From positions 342,736,001 through 342,800,000 of the forward strand of contig OZ024743.1 in assembly GCA_964016885.1 (NCBI GenBank): DNA of 64,000 nucleotides, in the 5' to 3' direction. Within the stretch, counting starts at the first letter, position 1. Each line of letters begins with the position of its first letter. Made by a program: the position numbers and the translations under genes. Below the pieces are notes generated by a model. It was not told where the DNA came from. It worked only from the letters and a program-made list of their open reading frames with translations, and did no database searches. Source of the DNA: Eledone cirrhosa. Its lineage: Eukaryota. Positions 15,306 to 27,691 of the stretch are shown here, in pieces.

Positions 15306-16126
15306 ATAATCATACAAATATACACACGTACATACACACACATACATACACACATATATACACGCATACATACGCATACACAAATATAGATATATGTACA
15401 CACACCTACATACGAACACACAATTAATTATAAGAAAAAATATCATAATAAAAATAAAAAACAAAAAAACAATAGACGACAATATTATAGGCTGTCACGT
15501 AAGAATAAAAATAAAAGTAAAAATTATTATAAAGTTGACAGCGATACAGGAAACAAATAAATGAACAAACACACGTGGTAAGCAATACACACAATTGCAC
15601 ATAAACATACATACATATAAATAAATACATACACACACACACACATACGCATACATATACATATACACATACATACACATACACATATACATACACATAC
15701 ATACACACACATATTTATATATATATATATATATATACACATACATATACACACACACATACATATAAATTCATACACACACATGTATGTGTGTAAAACT
15801 CATTCATAGATGTATTCATTGAACCTTGTTTAACTCTTGAATATATATATATATACATACATATATATATATATATATAAATATATATATATACATATAC
15901 ATACACATACACACATATATACAGGAAAATACATAAATATTATATATATATAAAAATAAAAAGGTGAAAGGGGTAAACAAATAGTTGGGAATACGACAAA
16001 TAATAAATAAATAAATAAATAGATAAGGGTGTAAATGTTTATAGCTGATTTAGAGCACTCAACAAGCTCCTGGAGCAAATGATCAATGAAAATAAGCATT
16101 AAATCACTGTATGTAATTATGCATAT

Positions 16127-16203
<77 letters not shown>

Positions 16204-16417
16204 ACCATACAAATACACACATATATACAATCATATACATACATATACATATATATATATAGGAAAAAGTATAACCACAACGGCAGAGCTCAAGCCGTTT
16301 CTGAGGCTATTATATATATACACACATAAACAATTATATAAAAATACACATATACACACATATATCTACAAAAAGTTACGTCACCACCTAAATAAAAATA
16401 CACACACACACATATAA

Positions 16418-16512
<95 letters not shown>

Positions 16513-16645
16513 ATTACAACAGAAGCATATAAAATACAATTATATACACACATACATATACATACAGATATATATAATTATATATACATACATATATATA
16601 CAATATATTAACAAATGGAAACTATATTTATAAAACCATATTTAT

Positions 16646-16704
16646 TTCATTATAAATATTTCAAGGACGCCAACGCAAATTATGGTGCGCTTTCATCAGA
16701 TAAA
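16646..16704 (-). ncRNA. Type I HHR of PLE terminal repeat; mirrored copy with mutated core at ~19320-19378 (+)
   Basis: tttat CTGATGA aag...ctt GAAA tattta TA atgaa. Confidence 0.7.
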
Positions 16705-17049
16705 ATATAATATAGATCAGTTTTATAAATAAATATTGACATACCCTTAAAGAATGCAACCATTTCTGTTGGAAGCTCCCGGATAGTGGGGTTACTAATT
16801 TTATTATTGGTCTATTATGCAAATTGGTATCGGAGAGGTTTAAATCTCAGTACATTTAAATTAAGCCGTTTGAGTAGGGAACAAAGAAAAAAGAAAAAGA
16901 AAAAGAAAGAGCAAATCCGAAGAAGGAAAACAAAAGAAAGAGAAAGAGAAAAAACCCTAAGTGAGAGAGTGTTGCATTAACGTAAATTATAAGATGATGA
17001 AGCGAAAAAATAAATATATAGTGGATGAATTACGCGGAGTAAATCTAGA

Positions 17050-17658
17050 ACACATAGATATTACTTAATATTTAATAGACATACTATAAAATTAACTTAT
17101 TCAACCACCAGTAATTTAGCGCAGAATATTAATAGAATTAATAATAGAAATTTTAAACCTAACCAGAATACCATTAACAACCCCAGCAATATCCAATTTA
17201 ATAATACGGCTCCTAGTAACTTGAATTTTGGTAAATGTAACTGTAGAAATAAATCTAACTGTTGGTTAAATAACAACTGTTTAGCTAAAAATATAGTATA
17301 TAATTGTAATGTAAAAACTAATTTAAATTCATTTAATTATGTAGGATCTACTTCCACAGAATTTAAATCTAGTTTTAATAACCATAAATGCTCTTTTACG
17401 AATATAAACAAAAAATCTTCAACTTCTCTATCTAGTTTACTATGGGACCTTAAATCAAAGAACATTAAATATTCTTTACTTTGGAATATTATCTCCAAAG
17501 CTCCTCCATTCAGTTCTTCTTCTGAAAATTGTGCTCTTTGTATAGAGGAAATATTCTTTATATTAAAAAGCAAACATTCTGTGAATTTAAGGAACAATCT
17601 TTTCAGTTGCTGCAAACATAGATTAAATTCAACGTTTAAATATAAATTTAAAATGTAA
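17050..17658 (+). pseudogene. PLE linker and GIY-YIG endonuclease domain (Naiad-type), 5'-truncated
   Basis: FNRHTIKLTYSTT, CNCRNKSNCWLNNNCL, IVY...YVG...FNNH, CALCIEE, CCKH. Confidence 0.9.
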
Positions 17659-19510
17659 TATATAACTCATTTTATTAAACCTATCGATAAATCATTATAT
17701 TCCTTCATACGACTGCCTAAAACTCTCTTAAAAAAAATTTTCTTTTTTTTTTTTTTTCTTCCTAAAAATTTTTCATTGAAAATTCTTCTAGATAAACATA
17801 CTGAAAGTTTTTTAAAATAGGGATTTTTGAAAATTACTTTTTTTTAATTTCTATGGGTATAGAAAATTAAGATAAACATACTGAAAATTTCTAAAGAAAG
17901 GGTTTTTTATTAATTCCTCTGATAGATATAAAAAAAATTAAAATTCATATTTTATACTGTGTTTTTTCTATATATTCTTATATATTTTAAAAATTATATT
18001 GTTTTAAAATTATATTGCTTAAAAATGATATTGCTTAAAAATTATAATTCCTTTTAAAATTATATAATTATATTTTTTAAAATTATAATTCCTTTTAAAA
18101 TTATAATCCTTTTTAAAATTATAACTAATATTTTATTTTATTTTATATTATGTATTTTGTATTTATATATATATATATGTATATATGTATATATATATAT
18201 GTATGTCTATATATGTGTATGTCTATATATGTGTATGTCTATATATACATGTATGTATGTCTGCGTATATATCTGTATATACGATTCGAATACATTCTAC
18301 GAATGAACTCTTATAAAAAGGTTTTTTACGGTTTATGCTTTAGATATATTCTTATGAAAAACTTTAAACATTAAGACGTTATAGTAAACAAACTTATATT
18401 ATAACAGACACAACTGTATAACAGGTTGATTTATGAAATATATAAAATTTATACAATTATAACTTACTATAAAATAATATAAAGTTTTTTTATAATCATC
18501 TTAACATTTATAACATTTAATCCTTAGAGCTATCTAAATTACAAATAAATAACTTAATTTCCCTCACGCTGTATTGCTATTACGAAGAAGCGATTTTTCT
18601 TCGGAAAAATTACTGAATTTCCATAAGTTTAGAAACGTTCCTATATCTTAAACATAAAATTTTTATTTTTATTATTTCTTATTATTGTTATTGATAATTA
18701 ATTGAAAATTAATAATTAATTGTTAGTTGATGATTAATAATAAATGTATATATGATTATGTAATAATAACATATATTATTTAATAATATTTTTTGATAAT
18801 GGGTATATATATATATGTATGTATATATATATATTCTTTTAATAATATATAGATCTCAATTTTTAATGTATAGATCTCAATAATTTAATTGATAAAGTAA
18901 ACATTTGATCAAATTTAAACATTAGATAAAATTCTCCGGTTATTATTATTATTTATTTATTTATTCACGCTTTATTTACTCCGCGTAATTCATCCACTAT
19001 ATATTTATTTTTTCGCTTCATCATCTTATAATTTACGTTAATACAACACTCTCTCACTTAGTGTTTTTTCTCTTTCTCTTTGTTTTGTTTTCCTTCTTCG
19101 GGTTTGCCCTTTCTTTTGCTTTTTCTTTTTCTTTTTTCTGTTTTCCCTACTCCAACGGCTTAATTTAAATGTACTGAGATTTAAACCTCTCCGACACTAA
19201 TTTGCATAATAGACCAATAATAAAATTAGTAACCCCATTATCCAGGAGCTTCCAACAGAAATAGTCGCATTCTTTAAGGGTATGTCAATATTTATTTATA
19301 AAACTGACCTATATTATATTTTATTTGATGAAAGCGCAGCATAATTTGCCTTGGTGTCCTTGAAATATGTATAATGAAATAAATATGGTTTTATATATAT
19401 AGTTTCCATTTGTTAATATATTGTATTTTTACTCCAATAATTTGTTGAGTGCTTTATATCAGTTATAAAAATATTTGCGTGTTGTATCCCAACAAATTAA
19501 ATATAACTTC

Positions 19511-19553
<43 letters not shown>

Positions 19554-19753
19554 NNNNNNNNNNNNNNNNNNNNNNNNNNNNNNNNNNNNNNNNNNNNNNN
19601 NNNNNNNNNNNNNNNNNNNNNNNNNNNNNNNNNNNNNNNNNNNNNNNNNNNNNNNNNNNNNNNNNNNNNNNNNNNNNNNNNNNNNNNNNNNNNNNNNNNN
19701 NNNNNNNNNNNNNNNNNNNNNNNNNNNNNNNNNNNNNNNNNNNNNNNNNNNNN
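19554..19753. other. Assembly gap (200 N)
   Basis: Run of N following (TA)n. Confidence 1.
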
Positions 19754-20332
19754 AAGGCAGAATTCTAGAAGGAAAACTCTGATATAACACCTGCAATCCT
19801 GATGGTATCCAATGATGTTGACTTGTTCTTCTTTTTGGTAAATATCATCTTGGTTAAGAGAGTGGGACTGGCTTTGTGCAGTGCCTTTGTTCACTATAAA
19901 AGCTTCACGGCACAGGCATTGCTTTATATCTGGAGATCTCTCTGCACTTGTCGTCACATGATACCATGGGCCCAGCACTATGTGTCAATAATTGTCACAA
20001 GTGTAGTGTTTGTACCAGAGTTTTCAAGTCGCTGGCTGGACTAAAAAGTCACACTCGTTCAGCGCATCGGTAGGGTTTCTCCAACATGGATATAAAGTAG
20101 TGGCCGTACTCGAAAACGAGTTGGCAGCCACCATATATATATATATATATATGTATGTGTATATATATATATATTTAAGAGTTAAACAAGGTTCAATGAA
20201 TACATCTAAGAATGAGTTTTACACACATACATGTGTGTGTATGTAACTATATGTATGTATGTATATATATGTGTGTGTATGTATGTGTATGTATATGTGT
20301 ATGTGTATGTATGTGTATATGTATATGTATGC

Positions 20333-20398
<66 letters not shown>

Positions 20399-20738
20399 TT
20401 ATATGTATGTATGTGTATGTGCAATTGTGTGTATTGCTTACCACGCGTGTTTGTTCATTTATTTGTTTTCTGTATCGCTGTCAACTTTATAATAATTTTT
20501 ACTTTTATTTTTATTCTTATGTGACAGCCTATAATATGGTCAACTATTGTTTTTTTTGTTTTTTATTTTTATTATGATATTTTTCTTATAATTAATTGTG
20601 TGTGTGCGTATGTAGGTTTGTGTACATATATCTATATTTGTGTATGCGTATGTATGTTTGTATATATGTGTGTATCTATGTGTGTGTATGTACGTGTGTA
20701 TATATGTATGATTATGTGTGTATATATACATATAGATG

Positions 20739-20791
<53 letters not shown>

Positions 20792-20835
20792 AAGTTAAAT
20801 AAAAGTCAAATGATTAAAATTTAGCTTCGTTTATT

Positions 20836-20890
20836 ACTGCTATATATATTTCAGTGACAGCCATCTTTGGCTGTGACCTCTTCAGGCAGT
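20836..20890 (-). ncRNA. Type I HHR (inverted arm)
   Basis: Mirror of 21156-21210. Confidence 0.85.
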
Positions 20891-21155
20891 TTGAATTACT
20901 ATGGTATAGACATGTACATATGTTGTTTAGGTGTATAATATTGTCAATACTCTAATATGCCCAGTTCCTTGTTGGGTTGTTAATTCACTGAGGAACTGGA
21001 GTCATATGGTTGTTAATTCACTGAGGAACTGGAGTCAGATATGACTCCAGTTCCTCAGTGAATTAACAACCCAACAAGGAACTGGGCATATCAGAGTATT
21101 GACAATATTATACACCTCAACAACATATGTACTTGTCTATACCATAGTAATTCAA

Positions 21156-21210
21156 ACTGCCTGAAGAGGTCACAGCCAAAGATGGCTGTCATTGAAATAT
21201 ATATAGCAGT
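21156..21210 (+). ncRNA. Type I HHR, canonical core
   Basis: actgc CTGAAGA ggtcacagcc aaagat ggctgtcatt GAAA tatata TA gcagt, followed by AATAAA. Confidence 0.88.
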
Positions 21211-21356
21211 AATAAACGAAGCTAAATTTTAATCATTTGACTTTTATTTAACTTTATTTTACACTACTCCGGAGTAACCAAACCAACCTGCGCACTTCGT
21301 CGAGTGCTCCAGACTGCATACTGAAGTGTTGGTATACAACCAACATAAACTCAAAA

Positions 21357-21412
<56 letters not shown>

Positions 21413-21666
21413 TGTGTGTGTGTGTGTGTGCGTGTATTTGTGTGTATGTGTATGTATGGATATGTTGATATATATGTGTGTATGTATGTATATGTATATG
21501 TATGTGTATTTGTACGTGTATGTATATGTGTATGTATGTATATATATATATATATATGTTTATATGTATGTATATATATATATATGTGTATGTATATATG
21601 TGTGTGTATGTATATGTGTGTGTGTGTGTGTGCATGTGTGTGTGTGTGCATGTGTGTGCATGTATG

Positions 21667-21689
<23 letters not shown>

Positions 21690-21697
<8 letters not shown>

Positions 21698-22146
21698 GCA
21701 TGCTACTGTACGTCTGTATACATATATGTATGTACGTATACATACATACTTACATTTAAGTAAGTGCCATACTAAGAGTGAGAAATGAAATTTCGTTTTC
21801 ATTTCTTTCAACTTATCGTTTTCGGTATGCCTGACCGATTTAACTCACTCAATATGCAAATTAGGCTGCTCAGCCGTTAATTTTCATAAGGTATATACTT
21901 TCGAACGTTCAACTATCTGGCAGATGGGTAAACGGTGCTGATGATAGCTAACAAGCTTGAAACTAGTACATCGTTCCTGTGTCAGTGTTGAACAAAAAGG
22001 TGACGTGGTTGCCTTAACACCGTATGGCATAAATTCAGGCTGTTCAGTTTGTTGACAAACGAACAAAGCGGCGTTATAATAAGCGTCCGCTAAACTGATG
22101 CGTGCATATATGTATGTGTACCTGTATGTATATATGTATATGTATG

Positions 22147-22179
<33 letters not shown>

Positions 22180-22294
22180 GCATGCTACTGTACGTCTGTA
22201 TACATATATGTATGTACGTATACATACATACTTACATTTAAGTAAGTGCCATACTAAGAGTGAGAAATGAAATTTCGTTTTCATTTTTTTCAAC

Positions 22295-22295
<1 letters not shown>
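21690..22295 (+). mobile_element. Retrozyme-like unit (~480-bp period, about 1.2 copies), family O
   Basis: catgctactgtacg at 21699 and 22181; homologous to 35355-36325 and 58470-59320. Confidence 0.85.
21931..21975 (+). ncRNA. Minimal type I HHR (family O)
   Basis: aacggtg CTGATGA tagc taacaa gctt GAAA ctag TA catcgtt. Confidence 0.9.
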
Positions 22296-22331
<36 letters not shown>

Positions 22332-22455
22332 AGGAGGTGAGTTTTATTGTAGTACAATAAAGCAATACAGATATCGGATAAGTAGCACTCTACAGTTTGT
22401 AGGACTGGAGTATAAATAATATATAAGATCAAAAGATGGTTAAAAGAGTTCCATG

Positions 22456-22526
22456 TATTTTATTATGCGCATTTCAAAAACAAATATCATCATGCGATGA
22501 CATTTGCGTTTTCGTCAGATAAAATA
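22456..22526 (-). ncRNA. Type I HHR with long paired helix II
   Basis: tattttat CTGACGA aaac gcaaatgtcatc gcat gatgatatttgt tttt GAAA tgcgca TA ataaaata. Confidence 0.85.
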
Positions 22527-22657
22527 GGGAGACATGATATGAAGGTTAAAAAACACTTGTGAATAGTGCAGTTTTAAATCCTGGAGCTTCCAACAGTAAT
22601 GGTTGCATTCTTTAAGGGTATGTCAATATTTATTTATAAAACTGCTCTTTATTATAT

Positions 22658-22716
22658 TTTATCTGATGAAAGCACACCATAATTTAACTTGGTGTTTTTG
22701 AAATATGTATAATGAA
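22658..22716 (+). ncRNA. Type I HHR in a solo fragment (22578-22760) of the 14545-19515 terminal repeat family
   Basis: tttat CTGATGA aagcacacca...tggtgttttt GAAA tatgta TA atgaa. Confidence 0.75.
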
Positions 22717-22760
22717 ATCAAATATGGTTTTATAAATATAGTTTCCATTTGTTAATATCG

Positions 22761-22793
<33 letters not shown>

Positions 22794-22814
22794 ACATATA
22801 TAAATATATATATA

Positions 22815-22893
<79 letters not shown>

Positions 22894-22897
<4 letters not shown>

Positions 22898-23094
22898 AAT
22901 AAGTAGGACCCCGACCGCTGAGCTCAAGCCGTTTCGACGGTTAATTCTGGACATTTTAGTCCAGAATTAGCCGTCGAAACGGCTTGAGCTCAGCCGTCGG
23001 GGTCCTACTTGTTCCTATTACCCACTCTACTACCCTAAGTATTGAGTACTTTGGTGCGTTATGGTCCATCTGGTTCCTTACCACATTTCCTTCG

Positions 23095-23096
<2 letters not shown>
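22894..23096 (+). mobile_element. Fold-back half-hammerhead element in (TA)n
   Basis: Hairpin 22894-23017 centred near 22955; right arm reads GAAA cggcttgagctcagccg TC ggggtc. Confidence 0.8.
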
Positions 23097-23190
<94 letters not shown>

Positions 23191-23271
23191 GTATAGTAGA
23201 GAGTCATGTATATTATATATGAGCTTCCTGAATCCCAACAAATTAAATATAACCTCTGTATATATATATAA

Positions 23272-23367
<96 letters not shown>

Positions 23368-23546
23368 CTCACTTTTCGTTGCTTCACCATCTTTGTTTGT
23401 TTACACTCTCGTGTCCCTTTTATTTACGTGTCCCAACGTCTTTTTTTAGCCGTTAGCCGTTGCTCGCGCCAACCGGAGGTATATGGTATTTAAAGCGATG
23501 AAATACCAATGATGGTTGGAAGATCACTGATGAAGGACTAACTTTA

Positions 23547-23625
<79 letters not shown>

Positions 23626-23628
23626 TTC

Positions 23629-23664
23629 CTTTACCGGTTTCGCAGTTCTTCTGCTTCTCAAAAG
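23629..23664 (-). ncRNA. Minimal HHR with U3-A8 core
   Basis: ctt TTGAGAA gcag aagaa ctgc GAAA ccgg TA aag; homolog at 49533-49568. Confidence 0.7.
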
Positions 23665-23714
23665 TAGAATTGAGATGGAGGGTTTGTGGTTTTTCTTACA
23701 TATATATATATATA

Positions 23715-23905
23715 GTTTTAATATAGAAGAGCTTCTTCAGGACCAGAGCCGTTTCACTTGTGAGAAATCATTAGGAAGCCCTGATGATTTCTCACGAATG
23801 AAACAGTTCTAGTCCTCAAGAAGCTCTTCTAGATTAAAACTTTATACTCTGCTATGTATAGAGTACCCTACTTACTGTGTTTACATCCGATTCAACCCGA
23901 AATAA

Positions 23906-23910
<5 letters not shown>
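23715..23910 (+). mobile_element. Short fold-back end of the PLE terminal-repeat family seen at 50140-50332; two opposed degenerate HHRs
   Basis: CTGATGA tttctcacgaat GAAA cag at 23781, preceded by its own reverse complement. Confidence 0.8.
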
Positions 23911-23961
<51 letters not shown>

Positions 23962-24188
23962 ATTATAAAGGATAACAAAATATCGTTATAGGTAATCCAA
24001 TTAGAGGTTGTGAATACTTCTTATTATGGATAGTTTTAGCGTACGGCGTTGCTTGACTCAACAAGCGGTTTACGTAGATGACGAGTTTATGATTTCATTT
24101 GTATTCCTATGTAAGTTTATCTTGGAGTAATAAAATTGAAAAAGTGGAGAATAACATGGTCAACAGTACAAAAAAGGGGATTTATTTG

Positions 24189-24298
24189 CAGTCTAACAAT
24201 TGTTTCACTGATAAAGTTGTCTAAAAATTGCTGAACACTAAAAGCAGTGCCACTCAATTTTAAATACGATATTAGCTCCATCAGATCTTCGGAAACTG
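24189..24298 (-). ncRNA. Type I HHR, CCGAAGA core, long helix II; mirror with mutated core at 29179-29288 (+)
   Basis: cagttt CCGAAGA tctgatggag...ctttatcagt GAAA caattg TT agactg, then AATAAA. Confidence 0.7.
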
Positions 24299-25304
24299 TT
24301 AAAAAAATATAGATGTAACCGGCAAATTTGCAAATTCAAATTACATCATTAACAATAATTGTTTCTACATTTGGCACAAGGACATCATCAATAATAATAT
24401 TAATAATAAAGATATAGAGAGAAAAGGAGGAAGAAAGGGAGATAGATACAGCTAAGAAAGAAAGGAAAGGAAGGAGAAAGAAGAAGAAGGAAAAAGAAAA
24501 AGAAAAAAAGAGAAAGAAGAAGAAAAAGGAGAACTTATTATAGATAGAAATATAAAGAGAAGAAGATATATAAGTAGAAATAATTGTTTCTACGTTAGGC
24601 ACAATGCCAGTAATTACCCAATGCATTACTGGTACTTTATTTTATCAACCCCGTAAGGAAATAGTAAGTAGAAATAACGTAGGATAGAAAGAAGAATAGA
24701 GGGACAAATAAATGAATAAACGTTAATACAATAAATGTAAATAAAAATAAAAATAGATATATAAAAAATATCTGAAAAAATATTTTTAAAAATATATAAA
24801 AAATTGATAAATAAATAAAATAAATAAATTATATCTAATGTGATATAAAATGGTATAAAATGTGAAAAATGTAGAATAAAAATAAATACGTAAAAGGAGT
24901 AAAAATGTGCGAACAATATTTAAACATATTAAAATTATTGAGAATGGCTTTTGAGAATTGTTGAAATATATAATAATAAGGTGAAAATATGATAATGTTA
25001 AATATATTTATGTGTGTATTGGTTATTTTAATAAATAAATTAATTAATTAGTTGTAAGTTATATTATATGATAAAATAAAATGACAGAGATTAAATAAAT
25101 TTAGGGAGAGAAATATAAAGATAGAGAGTGAAAAATAGAGATATATAAAATAAGAATGTAAATATAAGAGGTTTTGCTGTTGTTCTTTGATCGATGATGA
25201 CAATTATAATTATAATTATAATTATAATTATAATGATGTTGATAATGTGATATCATAATAGATCCAAGTGGTATAATCTGGGTTATGGAATGGATAAGAT
25301 GGAA

Positions 25305-27691
25305 TTAAGCTGGTCTAAAGTTCTCAAATTTAGTCGCCGATTTATGTCGACAAAATATTTTTTTTTTTTCATTTTTACTGTTAAGAAGAATTTTGTTGTA
25401 ATTCAAAATTTGGAAAAGTTCCATATTATAGTGACCACAGTGGGACGTACCAATTTGATAGGCCTTTGCTTTTGATAGCTTTTTCCAGCTGATTTTATAT
25501 TCCATGTTTGCATCTTCGAGTTGCCAGATTTTATTGACGAGAGTCGTTGTCTTTGAGAGATTCCTGTTAGTCATAGAGTGTCTATGTACGTACCCCCTTT
25601 TCTTAAACTCCCTGTATGTAATGCCATACTAAGATACCTGAATTTATAGTACATAGGTATACTATATTTGTCTCTAGGCATCTATTTTGTAAAGGGCATT
25701 TGTCAGGTAGATGGCAGTTACATTTAGATGCTTTTCTATGCACCGGTTCTTCTATATGGTTTTGTAGGTTGCTATGTATGGGCTGAGAATTGGGTTTGTT
25801 GATGTATTGTGATGATGTGCTCTGACGTGTGTTTGGTTGTGATGATGTTATATCTTCATGTTTTGTATTAGGTGTTATGGTACTTATTTTCGGGCCACTT
25901 GTATTATAAATTCTTTTATAGTTAATTTTATGTATGTGCGATTCCATGTTGTTGGCAGTGGAGTATGATAGTTTGATAGTTTTTCTATTAAAGATTTTAT
26001 GATATTTATGAATTTTAGGGAAATGTTTGTCAACTAATTTGAAGAAAGTGTAAGGTAGCTTAGTTTTTATAGAGGAGTTAAACATTGGATTGAACCATAA
26101 GTAGTTTCTATTTCTGCATCTTCTATAGTTATTAGTGAACATTGTATTAGTATTCTGTTCCTTTAATTTACGTGCTTGTTGCCAATTTTTATGTTTAGTC
26201 CTAGGTTTGTTGTTTCAATAGGTGTGAATGGTGCTATTAATATTAAGTGTGTTGTTATTTTTTGTATCTGGTATGTATTTGAGTCTCTCTTTATGGCCTG
26301 CCTTAAGTAAAGCTATGTTGCAGTAGTTAGCGTGTTTGTTAACAATTTCTATGTTAGAAGATAGGAGCGAGATTCTAAGAGACATACTATGTGCTATGGA
26401 GTTAATTATGGATCGAGGGTGATTAGAGTTATAATCAATGTAAGCTAAATTTTCATTATTTTTATGGAAGGGTTCTATTAGTCCTGAGTTAAGGTTGAGC
26501 GATACATCTAAGAAGTTAGCTTTTTTAGAGTTGGGTTCAAAAGTGATGTTAAGGCCTAAATTATTAAAGAATTTTCTAATCTTTTTCCTTTTTCTTTCTA
26601 AGTTTTGATTATTTAAGTTTCTAGCTAAAAGTAGTGTATCGTCTCTATAGATTCCTCCTTGTAGGTTATCAAATTCCCTAAGTAAGAAATGTGCTATATA
26701 AATTCCAACAATGTCAGTAATTTGGGCTGAATCATTTGATCCCATAGTTATATCGAAGTTATTCAGTCTATTTTTTCGCTCCCAGTAACTATTGTCGAAT
26801 TTAATGATTGTTCTTCTAGCAGCTAGTATTATTTTAATTTCATCTGGTGAAAGGTCAGAGTTTTTTTGTGCAAAGGATAGTGCCTTATTTAGGGAAACTG
26901 GGGAAATAGAAGAGTAGTAATTATTTATGTCAAATTGTATAAAGTCGGAAGATTCTCTATTGTCTAATTTATTAAACCAATCTATTGCTTCATTTGTGTT
27001 ACCCCAGAGCTTGATTATTAGTTGTTCTTTAATTTGTAGTATTATTTTATCTAGTATAAACTTGCTAATTCTGCCTATATCTGATTTTGATGGACATATT
27101 AATCTAATAGTAGGGTTAGTTTCGAAGTTACATTTATGATCCTTCAGATTAAAAGGGTTAGAGGTTCTGTCCTATCGGATATTTTAAGTTTTTTTTACTA
27201 TGTTAAGACCTTCCTTGTTAATGCTATTGAGTGTAGACTATGTAGTTTTCTTGTATGTTTTATGTAATTTCCGGCGTATAAAATTGTTGTATGTATTAAG
27301 GCTCATGGTGTATACATTTGATGTTTTGTTTGCCTTTACTATAATACCGTTGGTGTTTCGTAATTTTTTTAGTAGTGCATTGATGTTATTTTGCAGTTTG
27401 TTATGATGTGTTCGTTTTTTAATTTAATTTCTTTTATCATGTTCATGAGGTCAAGTTCAAAGGCATCAAGTTGTGGGTTGCTTCGTGGATTTTTACAGGA
27501 TCTAAACCCATACTTTTCCCTGCTAGACCCATTATTTCTATCACTATTATTATGTCCTTTATCGTAATGATATGCTTTCCATCTGATTCTACGGATAAAG
27601 TCATTAGTTCTTTGTATCATACCGAGCATATATTCCTTATTTGTAGGTATAGGTATGTTTTTAAGGACATTCTTATATAGTGTTTTTGCAT
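25305..27691 (-). pseudogene. PLE reverse transcriptase and GIY-YIG polyprotein, frameshifted (Naiad-type)
   Basis: FIRRIRWKA, MGSNDSAQITDIVG, GIYRDD, NFLDVSLNL, SNHP, WFNP, IKLSYS, CNC...CPLQNRCL. Confidence 0.93.

Larger units (their letters stand above)
14545..19515 (+). mobile_element. 5'-truncated PLE with inverted terminal repeat; left arm interrupted by a ~1.9-kb insertion
   Basis: 14545-14675 plus 16600-17045 is the reverse complement of 18975-19515; GIY-YIG ORF between; ~40-bp duplication at 14636 and 16600. Confidence 0.8.
20785..21358. mobile_element. Fold-back HHR element: ~250-bp inverted arms plus unique 3' tail, in (TA)n
   Basis: 20785-21005 is the reverse complement of 21040-21262; local duplication at the apex. 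Confidence 0.85.

Noticed and set aside
19754-20132. Moderately GC-rich unique segment as a host exon
   Set aside because: No recognisable domain or supportable splice structure; adjacent to the gap
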